From positions 23,498,001-23,562,000 of the forward strand of contig NC_135888.1 of assembly GCF_964194155.1 (NCBI RefSeq): a DNA stretch of 64,000 bases, given 5' to 3'. The position numbers and the translations under genes are program-made. Positions 49,772 to 63,563 of this stretch are shown piece after piece (the stretch's first letter is position 1; the number at the start of each line of letters is the position of its first letter). Source of the stretch: Cetorhinus maximus (taxonomy: Eukaryota). The notes beneath the pieces were generated by a model. That model did not search any database, had not been told where the DNA came from, and was given only the letters and a program-made list of their open reading frames with translations.

Positions 49772-49795
49772 GTAGGTTTTCATTTGAGACAAAAT

Positions 49796-50062
49796 TAGGG
49801 TTGCCAACTCTGGCTGGACATATCCCTGGAAGTTTCATCATATAATCTTCGACTCGCAATGGCCCTGCTGGGTCAAATGGCCTTTCTTCTGATCTTATAC
49901 TTTTATAACTATAGATGGGAGGTTTCAAAAAGAGTGAATAAAATGCAGTTTCCTTTCAATGCCCCAATGATTTATTTTCCTGGTGTTGCTCACAGCAGTT
50001 TCCAAGAGATTAATCATTCAATCCTGGAAGTGACAGGACAATCCTAGAGGGTTGGCAATCTG
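49796..50062. mobile_element. MITE-like element with TAGGGTTGCCAAC TIR
   Basis: Ends tagggttgccaac ... gttggcaatctg. Confidence 0.5.
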
Positions 50063-50445
50063 AAACTAAATTGAGCTTCTTGTTCTAACACTGTTATTGT
50101 GCACTGGGCACACAAAAGGGAAGTTTGTAAACAGTGTCCATAAAAATGGGCTGTGTGAAACCTGTTTCATTGAATTGTACTCAGTGACGTTAGAGTCTGG
50201 CTTTGTGCCTGAGCAGTTGTGGATTGAAATAGTCCTGCTAATTTACCTGGGTCAGTGCCTCTGTTGATTTGAAACCAGGCGACTGCCTCCTTTTATACAA
50301 TTTTTTTTAAAAAATGATACAATTTTAAATTGGACAACCAAAGGTCAGGGTTAAGGTAATTGGCAAAAGAACCAGAGGGAAATGAGACATTTTTACACAG
50401 AGTTTATGATCTAGAATTTGTGGTGGGAAGGGTGGAAATAGTAAC

Positions 50446-53400
50446 TGTTGTGGGGCATAGGTCACATCTCGGTAGCTTTGAAGTCTTTGTAATCTTTAGC
50501 AGGTTAACTGTAAGTCTTTATTAACCACTAGAACTATTTACAAACATACAATAAAGGGTACAAGCTATGAGTTGCCTCCATGCTTGGATCTGTACATGGC
50601 TCTGTCTAACACCACACTGACCCCTAGGTACGGATCATATGTTCTCTTATGTCACTGTTGGGCGGTACTGTACTCAGTCCCACGTTAACCCTATATGTGC
50701 CAGGCCTTTATACTGCACCGCCCCACCAAGCCTTTATCCAATGTATTTAGTGTATACTAGTTTAATTCATGTCTTACATTGTTATTACTACAGTCTCACT
50801 ACCCCATCTACCCCCTTCAAGTCCTTGAATTCAAAGGTCCAGACAGCCTGGAGGTCTTATAACCCTTCTATATCTCACTACTGTTGGTGGAGTGGTAGGC
50901 TCTGTCATTGCTGGTTCTTTCTGTAGGTTGGAGGTTTTTCTGGTATCTGGGTATGTCTTTATCCTTTTCTTCCATTCTTTCATGTTGAACCTGTCTCCTT
51001 GTCATTTCTTTCACTTTTTCCATCGTTGTATGGGTCGCCTTATTACCCTATGTGGCTGAGGATGGACATTCCCGTGATGAGAATGAAGTTTTGTGGTACA
51101 CCAACCTCTGTGTATTGCTGTCAGTAATGGACGGCTGCTACCAGGTTCCAGCATCTTTTGTGGTTTTGGCATGCCAGCTGGGAGTTGCAGCATATGTTCG
51201 GTGGTTGCAGCGTTGACCTGCTGTACTGTCGTTGGAGCCGGAGGTTGACACACCCTCTGCTTGAGGCATTGTGGTTACCTCCTGGGTGTTTGGCTGGCCT
51301 GACCATTGTAGGTTTCCTGTAAGGTGAATAGACAAACCTGTTCTGCAAAGAGAGAAGACAGTTCAGAGCTGAAGTCTCAATCAGGATACTCTTTTTTTTG
51401 AGTACTTGGGAACTTGCAGTTCTGTATAATTTACAGCAGTGGTTGTCTTGACGTCTTCTGTTTGGTCCAGGGCTACACAGGCATCTCTGCTCAAGAGAGA
51501 GAAAGGCTGGTTACAGATGACATACAGCAGCTTGAAGATCTGTTTGGCGCTATACCTTAGTGATTCCTGAATCATGCCTATGACTGGAAGTTGGATTCCT
51601 CTGGGACCATAGAATGGTGTGTCTGTTGTTTGAAGCTAGAGGTCTTTTAGCCGTGGTTCTTTGTCCAACAGAACTGTTATACTGGCTCCTGTGTCTAATT
51701 TAAAATTTGTTAAATAACCATTGATTGCAATGTCTGCACTCCAAAATGAGAAACCAAGTTCTATGATCTCACCCAAGAAGCAAGGCTGTTTCCTCTGGTC
51801 TTGCAGTCTCGATACCGTGGATAATCTTTGGGCCTTCTGTGCGTTTTTTGTTTTTGCCCCACAATTTGTGTAGTGTCCAATTCTGTTGCACTGGAAGCAT
51901 TGGGCTGAACTCGCAGGACAGGTTAATCTCACCTGTGGGGGTGCTCCACAGCATTGGAATGGTTGCTCTGCCGGCCAGTTCAGGTATTGCTTTCCCTGGT
52001 CTGGAGTGTCTTTGTTGCTTAGCCAGTTGGATTGTGGGTTGGCCTCTACACCACAGTTTATTCTGTCCCTTTAAAATGGTCCTGTGCTGCTCATGGAGTT
52101 CTGACCGTCCAACTATCTGGATTGCCTTTTCCAGGGTTAGATTTTTGCTTGCAGGAGGTCAGAGAGTATGTCACCCACTACTGTTCTGTCTCTGAGTTCT
52201 GATTTTAAATCTCTGTACTTGCAAATTTCTGCCATCTTGTACAGATCATCAGTGAAGGAATCAACAGGCTCTCCTGGCTGTTGGACTCTCTTATTGAATT
52301 TCGTTCTTTTGAGTATTTTATTGCTTCTTATAAATACCTCTTCAAATTTTGCGATGATTCATTAATTCCCTGTCTTGCAATGTCATCTGCAATTGGGCCT
52401 ACCGAGTAAAGCAGTAGGTTGACCTGCTCTTCTGACTTTTTATTTGAAGCTGAAGCGAAGCTGTATTTAAATCTTTTCCTCTCAAAGTCCCCAATTTTGT
52501 GACTCTTATGCGCCTTTGATTAGTCTGAATTGACTTGGAAATGTGGAATTATGATCCAGGTTGAAAATTTAAAAAGTGTACGTTCTGCTAAGAGCTGTCT
52601 GAATTTCAAATGCTGTCACTGTTCACTGGATGACAAAGGGATTTCCTGCACTTGCCAGTTTTGGCGGGCTCTACAACAATGGCAATCATGCTTATCTTGA
52701 AAAAAAACTTCCAACACTGGCCATCTGGAGCTTCCTGAAGAGTTCTCTTGCTCAGCGTTTTACTTTAAAGTTGCAAATTGGTTGAATCATGGCTTTTGCT
52801 TTCTTTCAGATGACTTTAGAAGCCGCAATCCTCCCAGATTGTTTTAATTATTCTTTTTCTGTTTCGGAGTGAGCTCAGACACCCACGGTGACTCACATCA
52901 GGTTTTAGCGATTGCTTTTTTTTTCAAACTGTACTTCTGACTCTGAATTATTTAAAGCTTTCTCGGGACTGGCTGTGGCCTGGAATTTTAAAAGATTTGG
53001 CTCACCATGCTGACTCTGCACTTTGGGATTTGAAGCTAGGAGCTGCAATGGAGTCTTCTGCAGTAAGGAATTTTAATCCCCTGCCTTTAGCTTCCAAACC
53101 TTTCTTTGGATTTGGTCAGACTGTTTCGATGAATTTCTTCTCAGTCTCCCAGCATTTTAATTTTTCTCTGCATCTTCGGCGAGGTTTTGGATTTTTCACA
53201 AGCTGCCATGTTGTACGGTGTTGGCTACAGCTCGGTGGGTTTGATGAAGTCTTTGTAGGTCTTAGCAGGTTAACTGTAAGTCATCCACTACTCTTGACCA
53301 CTGTTCAGTCTCTGAGTTCTGATTTTAAATCTCTGTACTTGCAAATTTCTGCCATCCTGTACAGATCATCAGTGAAGGAATCAACAGGTTCTCCTGGCTG

Positions 53401-53670
53401 TTGGACTCTCTTATTGAATTTGGCTCTTTCGAGTATTTTATTGCTTCTTAGATTAAAATAAATGTTGAATGATTTTAATACCTCTTCAAATTTTGCGATG
53501 GCTTATTAATTCCCTGTCTAGAGCTATCTCCATGCTTTGGTCTGCACACAGTTCTGCCTTACGCCACACTGACCCCTAGGTGCGGATCATGTGTTCTCTT
53601 ACACCACTGTGTGGGTGGTACTTTACTCAGTCCCACGTTAACCCTATATGTGCCAGACCTTTATGCTGCA
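50446..53670 (-). mobile_element. Decayed, internally deleted Gypsy LTR retrotransposon
   Basis: LTRs 50446-50717 and 53209-53670 (TG..CA), TSD GTAAC, PBS TGGCAGC and PPT. Gag knuckle CFQCNRIGH and protease FKLDTGASITV; no RT visible. Confidence 0.88.
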
Positions 53671-54779
53671 GTAACTTTCAAAAGAGAATTGGATAAATAC
53701 TGGAAAGTAGAAAGGTTTGCTAAGCTACGGGGAAGGAACAGGGGATGTGGGATTAATTAGACAACTCTGTCAGGCGCAATGGCCCCTTCCTTTGCTCTAG
53801 CATTCTATCGTCTAAAGTAATTAGTGGCAGCTCTCTTGGAAACCTGGTGAATGTGCCCAGCAAGGAGCCAAACAGTGCAGGACTGAGAGGCCCCAAACTG
53901 GCGCCGTCTCCCACTGTCCTCTGCGCCCCTCCCCCAACCAGCCTGCTCATTCGCTTATTGCAAAAAAAAAATTGCCCATTTCAGCTCGGGTGGCGGTGTT
54001 GTTTCACAGGGCCTCAAGTTTCTAGGTTGGGTAGGGGACAGAGGTGGAGGACAATCTTCCAGGGTTCTTGCTCCCTCTATCACCACACCAAACCCCTGCT
54101 GCAGAATGTGGCTATTTGATTGGGTTTAGTGGTGATTGGGTTTGGTAGTGAAGCCAATACTAATCAAAGACTGTCCCGCACTCACTCCAAAGGTTCCTGT
54201 GACTGGTTGTGTGAAGTACCAGTTGGTGTCAGGGAATCCAGCCCTTCAGCTAGCATTCTTGACTCCTTCGCTTGTTTCAGTACAAACTAAGATCAAATTG
54301 TGATGAATTTCAATATAGACAATTGTGCGGTGGTACATTCAGATAGGAAGGCTTGAGGGGTAACCAGATAGAGGATGAAAGAGTTTGATTGGGTAGACTT
54401 ACAGAAGTTCTTTTCACTTATGGGGGGAGATCAGAGCTATGAGTCATAAATATAAGCCAGTCACTAATAAATCCAATAAAAAATTCAGGGGGACTTGACC
54501 CAGAGAGTGGTGAAAATGTGGACCTCACTATCACAGAATGGTTGAGGTGATTAGTATAGATGCATTTAAGAGGAAGCTGGACAAACACACGAGGGAGAAG
54601 GGAATAGAATGATGCGATGATGAAGGCTGAGAGGAGACTGGCGTGGAACATAAACACAAGCATGGATCAGTTACACACAATGGCCTGTTACAGTGCAATG
54701 GACTCTAACAAGCCCTTGCCTTGCTGGTTCTGTCTTATTAACTTTGTATTTTAATCCATAGTTTCTTGTCTGCTTCCAG

Positions 54780-54841
54780 ATCCTCCTCAATTACCTTCCC
54801 ACTGAGCAGACCCAGTGGAGTTCCTTCCTGAAGAAACAGAG
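54780..54841 (+). CDS. TBC1D13: TBC1D13 exon (ILLNYLPTEQTQWSSFLKKQR)
   Basis: 62 nt, AG/GT ends. Confidence 0.92.
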
Positions 54842-56069
54842 GTGAGAGGACACTTTTCTATCGATGCATATGGGTGACTCCTGGAACCATCAATGCCAAC
54901 TCAGTGGTTTGAAGAAGGGTGTGAAGGGGTGGGCAAGGGGTTAAGTGAGAGTTCACAGTCTCAGCTGAAGCATTTGGAGATTTCATCCTTTTATTTTAGC
55001 AGGTGAGGCGAAAGGGAGCCTTAATCCCTTCACCGTGTATCAGCAGAGCTCCACTCATAGTCCCGTACCCATCGACCTCACCCCCTGCACACAATTGATT
55101 TCCATTGAATATCAGCAGCAATATACCAGTCTACAGAGTCCTTGAAAATACCAACACTGTCTTATAGGGAAACTGATTAGTATTTGGGAGCCTGCCTTAC
55201 AGCACTGATGTGCTGTAAAAATATAAAAATAATGTTTCCTAATATTCGCCATTTAGTAAAGTCCTCATTTGTGGGTAGTCTGCCATTCCTGATATATACA
55301 AGGGATCTTTGCCTAATTGAGCAATATTTGTTAAACGAACAGACTCAATGGGCTGTATGTGGTACCTTCTGTAGTGTACTGGTCTATGAAATCACCTTTA
55401 GCAGAGAGTATGTTCGGTATTCCTTCTCCTTGAGGTCCCATGCCGTAAGAGGGCTTTGGTGACCATGGACTTCCGTTGGATTGGTCCATGACTATGCTTG
55501 GCTAAGATTGTAGTGGTTTGCTGTTGCCTCCTGCAGTATGGCTGACCAAGAAACACTTCTGCTCTTACTGCCTGCCATCAGGCATATTGGAAGAATTCAC
55601 AGGCTGGTAATGAACCTTTTGGATATAGCTCTGATCTTCCCCATAAGTGGAAACATCTTCTCTACGTCAAACCGATCAATCTCTTTCATCCTCTATCAGG
55701 TCACCCCTCAGCTTTCCTACATGAATGTACCACCTCACAATTGTCTATACTGAACCTGTTATAAATGCACCTTCCTTGGCCATCAAGTCCTCGAGTGGGT
55801 CTTGAACCCGGAAACTTCTGGCCCAGAGGAAAGGACACTGCCACTGCACCATAGGACCCCACCTATGTTAGGTATTACATGGTATTAAAGTGCACCATCC
55901 AGCTTATAGCACAATATTTTTAATGCACCCTCTTTGCAGTGAGAGGCAGGATGAGAGTGGCCATTGGGATGTTTTCAGTTTCAGGAGTCTGTAAGCATAG
56001 TGTTCTGTCAGAGCTAGTGGAATTCAGGCCTGGGTTTAGCCTGATCCTGAGTTGTTTATTCAATTGCAG

Positions 56070-56169
56070 GGAGATTTATGCACAGTTCTTGAAGGAGATG
56101 ATTATTCAGCCTGGAATCGCCAAGGCAAATCTGGGCTTCATCCGAGAAGATGTCACTCTAGAAGATCAC
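56070..56169 (+). CDS. TBC1D13: TBC1D13 exon (EIYAQFLKEMIIQPGIAKANL...EDH)
   Basis: 100 nt, AG/GT ends. Confidence 0.93.
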
Positions 56170-56673
56170 GTGAGTCTCCTTCGCTTTCTGTCACACGAGA
56201 TTTCATTAGTGACTGGTTTACAGGTCTTGATAACAAGTACTGGGTCTTTGTGCTTGTTTTGGACTGATCATAGGATTGTTTAAAATTCCCTTTGTGTATC
56301 TTCTCCACATTTCAAAAGCTTTTCCTACTCATTTCTTCCTTTTCATGATCAGCTCCATAATGCGGTAAGTAGCAATGCGTATCGCTTGAAGTGTAGCACC
56401 GTCTCTCAGCAGTGGTGGTTCAATCCTCTGGATAATGTTGGACTGTTAGCATGATAAATCAGCCCTTTTAAACTGGATTTCACAATGATTAAAACAAAAG
56501 CAAGAGGCTGCAGATGCTGGAAATCTGAAATAAAAGCAGAAAACGCTGAAAAATGCTCAGCAGGTCAGGCAGAGAGTGCTAGAATTTTAACATTTCAGTT
56601 AGAAGAAAGTCTCCCTTGTGCAATTCCCACAGTATATTTCTTCCGATGAATTTTTTCCTTTTCTCTCGAATAG

Positions 56674-56756
56674 CCCTTGAATCCAAACCCTGACAGTCGA
56701 TGGAACACGTACTTTAAGGACAACGAGGTTCTCCTGCAAGTGGACAAAGATGTTCG
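56674..56756 (+). CDS. TBC1D13: TBC1D13 exon (PLNPNPDSRWNTYFKDNEVLLQVDKDVR), TBC arginine-finger region
   Basis: 83 nt, AG/GT ends. Confidence 0.94.
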
Positions 56757-57721
56757 GTAAGCAGGAGAGAAAAAAAAGTGAATAATGACGGAGCATCTTT
56801 CAGGTCCTTGGGACAACCCCCCCCTCCCCAAATCACTTTCAGAGCCAGTGAATTACTTCTGAAGTGCCATTGCTTTTTGTAGGCAGAATCTGGCAGCCAA
56901 TTTGTGCAGAGCAAGGGCCCTCAAACAGCGATCAGTTAGGAACACAGGAGCAGGAGGAGGCCATTCAGCCCCTCAAGGCTGCTCCACCATTCATTTAGAT
57001 CCTGGCTGATCTGCACCTCAACTCCATTTTCCTGCCTTAGCTCCATATCCCCTGATAACCTTATCAAGAAAAATATATCAACCTCTGTCTCGATGGCTTC
57101 AATTAACACTCAGCATTCATAGTCTTTTGCGGGAGAGAACTTCACATTTTTTAATGTGGAAAAAAGTGGTTCTTGATCTCCCTTCTAATTGATGAAACTC
57201 TAATTTTAAGATCATGTCTCCCTCATTTTTGATTTCCCCACTCCTCCCAGCCAGAGGAAATAGTTTCTCCACATCAACCCTGTTGAATCCTTTTAACATT
57301 TTAAGCATCTTGAGTAGATCACCCACTCTGCCACTGCCCCACCCCGGGCTCCCAACCAAAACTTCAAAACTCAGGGGAATACAGGCCACATTTATGCAAC
57401 CTGTCCTTATAACTTAACCCTTCTTCAGCACAGCACCCCCTCTAATAATTCTGTTTTGGTGGTGCCCTTGCCTGCTCTTTATAGCAGAACCATGGGTTGT
57501 TTTCCCTCCATTCAAAGAGGCAGATTTGGCCTCTGTTTAACGTCTCATTCAAAAGGTGCATACATCTGACAGCCCCTTACGCTCCTTAAATGATCGGCTC
57601 AGGACTCCTGGTGTAGGATTTCAATCCACAACCTTCAGACTCCAATGCAAGAGAGCTCCCACTGAACCATGAAGCTTAAGCAACACATTTAATAGTGGTT
57701 ACTTTAAAGCACCAAGTCACA

Positions 57722-57790
<69 letters not shown>
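57722..57790. repeat. (CT)n microsatellite
   Basis: Direct reading. Confidence 0.95.
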
Positions 57791-57792
<2 letters not shown>

Positions 57793-58717
57793 TCCCCTCC
57801 ACAAGCACACACAAGAAGATAACCGGCAGGGTCTGTGCACTTCACCCCCCAATTGCAGCAAAGCTGCATCCTCTAGGGGGCTGGCTTTGGGGAGCGGGGA
57901 GAGAAAAGTCTTTGACTCCTCCATCACTATATCATTGGCTCACTCAACGTTTGGGGAAAGGGCTGGAAAGTAGATAAGATGGTTGCTTGCAAGATTTGTC
58001 TTTGTTTTAATCTATTCATTCTCTGGATGTGGGCGTGTTGGCATGGCTGGCATTTGCTGCCCATCTCTAGTTGTCCTGAGAAAGTGATGGAGATGGGCGT
58101 TGAACCGTTGCAGTCTGTGTATCAGTACCAATTCACTAAAGAGGAGGAACTACACTTGAGTTATAGAATCGTGCAGCTCAGAAGGAGTTCATTGGACTGC
58201 GCGTATAGCACAGGTACAATTAATCCCATTCTCCTGCACACTCTCCATAGTCTCTCAGACCTTGCCTATAATGCGCTGTGCATTTCGTGTGTGATACTCT
58301 TAATTCATCACATCCAATTGCTTACATCATTCTTGCTGTCAGTACCAGATTTGTAGGCCCCAGTAATTCACCCCAGTATTACATTTCTGGTTTTGGGTGA
58401 TTGAAATCTCTTTAAGCATGTGCTTTTCATAGCACAAGTGGAGTGAGTTTGAATGTTTCACCTGCTTGCCATTGCACTTTAAACAATTTCCAGTCAAAGA
58501 TTGCAACTCCAGAAATAAATGGCTTGATTTTACTGAAACTCTAATGATGACACCAGATCCCCCTGCTCGCCTGGGGGATCTCATGTGGTGCGCATGCAGG
58601 GGTGGGAGGAAAACGAGCCAAGAAAAGGTGGGGGTAGAATTGAAAGTGACTGCGCCTCTCTCCTATTGAAACTGCCTCTGCCCCCACCTCCAACCCCAAC
58701 TTGTTTCTTTCTCCTAG

Positions 58718-58877
58718 ACGGCTATACCCAGACATGGCGTTTTTCCAACGTCCCACTGACTACCCGTGCCTTCTGATCATGGACCCCCAGAATGAGTTTG
58801 AAACACTTCGCAGGCGGGTAGAGCAGACCACCTTGAAGTCTCAGACTGTCGCGCACAATCGGAGCGGCGTTACGAAC
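58718..58877 (+). CDS. TBC1D13: TBC1D13 exon (RLYPDMAFFQRPTDYPCLLI...RSGVTN); the gene continues beyond the window
   Basis: 160 nt, AG/GT ends. Confidence 0.94.
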
Positions 58878-59489
58878 GTAAGGTCCTCAGTGTGGAATAA
58901 TCCTGATACTTTTAATAATCGAATGGTAGCGATATGGTCTGTCTGGCATTTAACTAAATTCACCTTGCCCAATTCTTGCTGAGTTTAACCTTGTTGGGCA
59001 TTTTCTGGCCCTTTGGTTATTGAACAGATTGTTGAACACACCCAACCATAGGGCCATCCATCTTATTAATCTCTGTTCAGTTCATAAAGTCTCATCCTTC
59101 TCCAATGTTATGCCGCTGGTCACAAAACTAAAAGATAAGATCTGCCAGTATACAATTTAAGCCAATACTGCCTGCTTTAGTTACATGTGCAGCACAGAAA
59201 CAGGCCATTCAGCCCAACAGGTCTATTCTGGTATTTTCTTCCACACCAACCTTGTCCCTTCATCTCACCCTATCAGCATATCCTTCTATTCATTTATGCT
59301 ATTGGCCTCATACTCCCTGTAATAGCACGTTCCACATTCTCACCACTCACTGGGTAAAGAAGTTTCTCCTGAATTTCCTATTGGTTTGACTGGTGACTAT
59401 TTTATATTTATGACCCGCGGCCCCCCCCCACCTTAAGTGGAAACATCTTAACAGCATCCAGTCTGTCATAAATATAAAGACCTCTACAC

Positions 59490-60461
59490 AAGAATTAGGA
59501 GCAGGAGTAGGCCATTCGGCTCCTTGAGCCTGCTTTGCTATTCAATGAGGACAAGGCTGATCTGACTGTGGCCTCGACTCCACTGTCCTGTCTGCCCTTC
59601 CATGACCCTTGACTCCCTTGCTGATAAAATATCTGTCTTAACTCAGCCTTGAACATATTCAATGACCCAGCCTCCACAGCTCTCACGGGAAGAGAATTCC
59701 AGACTAACAACCTCAAAAAAATTCTCCTTATCTCAGTCTTAAATGGGAGACTTCTAGTTTTTAAACCGTGTCCCCTGGCTAGGACTCCTCCACAAGGGGA
59801 AACATCCTCTCAGCATCCACCCTGTCAAGCTCCATCGGGGGCTTATGTTTCAATAAGGTCACTTCTCATTCTTTCCAGGAAACAGTTGAGTGAACTTTTC
59901 CTGAACTGCTTCTAATGCAATTATATCCTTTCCTGAGTAAGGAGACCAAACCTGTACACAAACTCCCGTTGTGGTCTCACCAACGCCCTTTACAACTGTG
60001 GCATAACTTCCCTACTTTTATATTCCATTCCCCTTCTAATAAGAGCGAAGATTTCATTTGCTTTCCTAATCACTCGCTGCACATGCATACCAATGTTTTG
60101 TGATTTACATACCTGGACACCCAGATCCCTCTGTACCATAGACTTTTAAAATATGCTGCTTTTCTATTTTTGCTGCCAAAGTAGACAAGTTCATATTTTT
60201 CCACATCCACCTGCCAAATTTTTGACCCTCTCACTACTTATCTATATTCCTTTGTAGACTCGTTACCTACTCTTGACAACTTACGTTCCTACACATCTTG
60301 GTGTCATCAGCAAATTTAGCAACCATGCATTTGGTCCCTTCATCCAAAATTGCAAATAGTTGAAGCCCCAGTGCTGATCCCTGTGGCACTCCATTAGTAA
60401 CAGCTTGCCAACCCAAAAATAGCCTATTTATCCCTACTCTCTGCTTCCCGTTAACGAACCA
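59490..60461 (-). mobile_element. CR1 LINE fragment, resuming at ~63564-64000
   Basis: CR1 tail and RT remnants; the continuation reads DMVHFDFQEVFDKVPHQKLLHKI. Confidence 0.75.
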
Positions 60462-63400
60462 GGCGGAGGCAGTGGTGTAGTGTTATTTTCACTGGACTAG
60501 TAATCCAGAGACCCAGGGTAATGCTTTGGAACCCAGCAGATGGTGGAATTTGAATTCAATCAATAAAAATCTGGAATTAAAAATCTAATGATTTATTTAT
60601 TATTAACAATGAAACCATTGTTGATTGTCGTTAAAAACCCATCTGTTTCACTGTGGTCTGGCCTACATGTGACTCCAGACCCACAGCAATGTGGTTGACT
60701 CTTAAATGCCCTCTGAACAATAAATGCTGGTCTAGCCAGTGACACCCACATCCTATGAATTGACCTGGGCACCGGAAACGACAATGGCAAACTCAGCCCT
60801 GTCGATCCTGCAAAGTTGTCCTTCCTAACATCTGGGGGCTTGTGCCAAAATTGGGAGAGCTGTCTCACAGACTAGTCAAGCAACAGCCTGACATAATCAC
60901 ACCTTTACAGATAATATCCCAGATACCACCTTCACCATCCCTGGGTATGTCCTGTCCCACTGGCAGGATAGACCCAGCAGAAGTGGCGGCACAGTGGTAT
61001 ACAGTCGGGAGGGAGTTGCCTTGGGAGTCCTCAACATCTATTCCGGACTCCATGAAGTCTCATCACATCAAACGTGGGCAAGGAAACTTCCTCCTGATTA
61101 CCACATACAGCCCCACCCCCTCCCCATAACTGATGAGTCAGTACTCCTCCATGTTGAACACCACTTTGAGGAAGCACTGAGGGTGGCAAGGGTGCGGAAT
61201 GTACATTGGGTAGGGAACTTCAATATCTATCACCAAGAGTGGCTCGGTAGCATCACTACTGGCCGAGCTGGCTGAGTGCTTTAGGACATAGCTGCTAGAT
61301 TGGGTCTGCAGCAGGAGGTGAGGGAACCAACGAGAGGGAAAAGCATACTTGACCTCATCCTCACCAAACTTCCTGCTGCAGAGGCATCTGTCCATGACAG
61401 TATTGATAGCAGTAACCACCACACAATACTTATGGAGATGAAGTCCCATCTTCACATTGAGGATACCCTCCATCGTGTTGCGTGGCACTGCCGCAATGCT
61501 AAATGGACAGATTGAACAGATCTAGCAACTCAAGACCGGGCAACCATGAGATGCTGTGGGCCATCAGTAGCAGCAGAATTGTAATCGAACACAATCTGTA
61601 ACCTCATGGCCCGACATATCCCCCACTCTACCATTGCCATCAAGCCAGGGGATCAACCCTGGTTCAATGAAGTGTGCAGGAGAGCATGCCAGGAGCAGCA
61701 CCAGGCATACCTAAAAATGAGGTGTCATCCTGATGAAGCTACAATGTAGGACTAGCGTGCCAAACAGAATAAGCAGCAAGTGATAGACAGATCTAAGTGA
61801 TTCCACAGCTGAGGGATCAGATCTAAACTCTGCAGTCCTGTCACATCCAGTCGTGAATGGTGGTGGGCAATTAAACAACTTGCTGGAGGAGGAGGCTTCA
61901 TTAATATCCCCATCCTCAATGATGGGGAGCCCAGCATATCAGTGCAAAAGATAAGGCTAAAGCATTTGCTACAATATTCAGCCAGAAGTGCCGAGTGGAT
62001 GATCAGTCTTGGCCTCCTCTGGAGGTCCCCAGCATTACAGGTGGCAGTCTTCAGCCAATTTGATTCACTCCACGTGATATCAAGAAACGGCTGAAGGCAC
62101 TGGATACTGCAAAGGCTATGGTTCATGGCAATATTACTGAAAACTTGAGCTCCAGAACTTTGTGCCCCTAGCCAAGCTGTTCCAGTACAGCTACGACACT
62201 GGAACATTGTCCAGGTATGTCCTGTGCACAAGAAGCAATACAAATCCAACTCAACCAATTACCACCCCATCAATCTACTTGCGATCATCCGCAAAGTGAT
62301 GGAAGGGATCATCAACATCGCTATCAAGCAGCACTAGCTTAGCAACAACCTGCTCATTGATGCTCATTTTGGGTTCAGCCTGGGTCACTCAGCTCCTGAC
62401 CTCATTACAGCCTTGGTACAAGCATGGACAAAAGAGCTGAACTCCCGAGGTGAGGTGAGAGTGACTGCCCTTGACATCAAGGGAGCATTTGACCAAGTGT
62501 GGCATCAAGGAGCTCCAGCAAAACTGGAGTCAATGGGAATTGGGGAAAACTCTCTGCTGGTTGGAGTCATATCTAGCACAAAGAAGAATGGTTGTTGCAG
62601 GTCAATCACCTCAGCTCCAGGACATCACTGCAGGAGCTCCTCATGGTAGTGTCCTAGGCCCAACCATCTTCAGCTGCTTCATCAATGACCTTCCTTCCAT
62701 CATAAGGTCAGAACTGTACAATGTTCACCATTTGTGACTCCTCAGATACTAAAGCAGTCCATGTCCAAATGGGGCAAGACCTGGACAATATCCAAGCTTG
62801 GGCTGATCAGTGGCAAGTAATATTTTCACCACACAAGTGCCAGGCGATGACTATCCCCAACAAGAGAGAATCTAACCATCGCCCCTTGACATTCAATGGT
62901 GTTACCATCCTGGGGGTCACCATTGACCAGAAATGGAACTGGACTAGCCCTGTGACTACAAGAGCAGGTCAGAGGCTAGGAATGCTGTGGTGAGTAACTC
63001 TTACTTGACTCCCCAAAGCCTGTCCGCCATCTACAAGGCACAAGTGGAGAGTGTGACGGAATACTCTCTAGTTGCCTGGATGAGTGCAGCTCCAAAAACA
63101 TTCAAGAAGCTTGATACATCCAGGACAAAGCAGCCCACTTGATTGGCACCACATCCACAAACATTCATTCCCCCCACCACTGATGCACAGTGGCAGCAGT
63201 GTGTACCATCTACAAGATGTACTGCAGAAATTCACCAAGGCTCCTTGGACAGTACCTTCCAAACCCACAACCACTACCATCTAGAAGGACAAGGGCAGCA
63301 GATACATGGGAACACCATCTGGAAGTTCCCCTCCAACCCAGTCACCATCCTGACTTGGCGATATATCATGATTCCTTCACTGTCGCTAGGTCAAATTCTT

Positions 63401-63563
63401 GGAACTCCCTCCCTAACAGCACTGTGGGTGTGCCTACACCACATGGACTGCAACGGTTCAAGAAGGCAGCTCACCACCACCTCGAGGGCAATTTGGTATT
63501 GGCAATAAATACTGGCCTGGCCAGTGACACCCACATCTCATGAATGAATTTAAAAAAAAAAAA
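60462..63563 (+). mobile_element. tRNA-SINE fused to a near full-length decayed LINE ORF2 (APE + RT), poly(A) tail
   Basis: APE motifs (WVGNFN, PTRGKSILDLILT) and RT motifs (ALDIKGAFDQVWH, GSVLGPTIFSCFINDLP); ends AATAAA...A-run. Confidence 0.85.
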
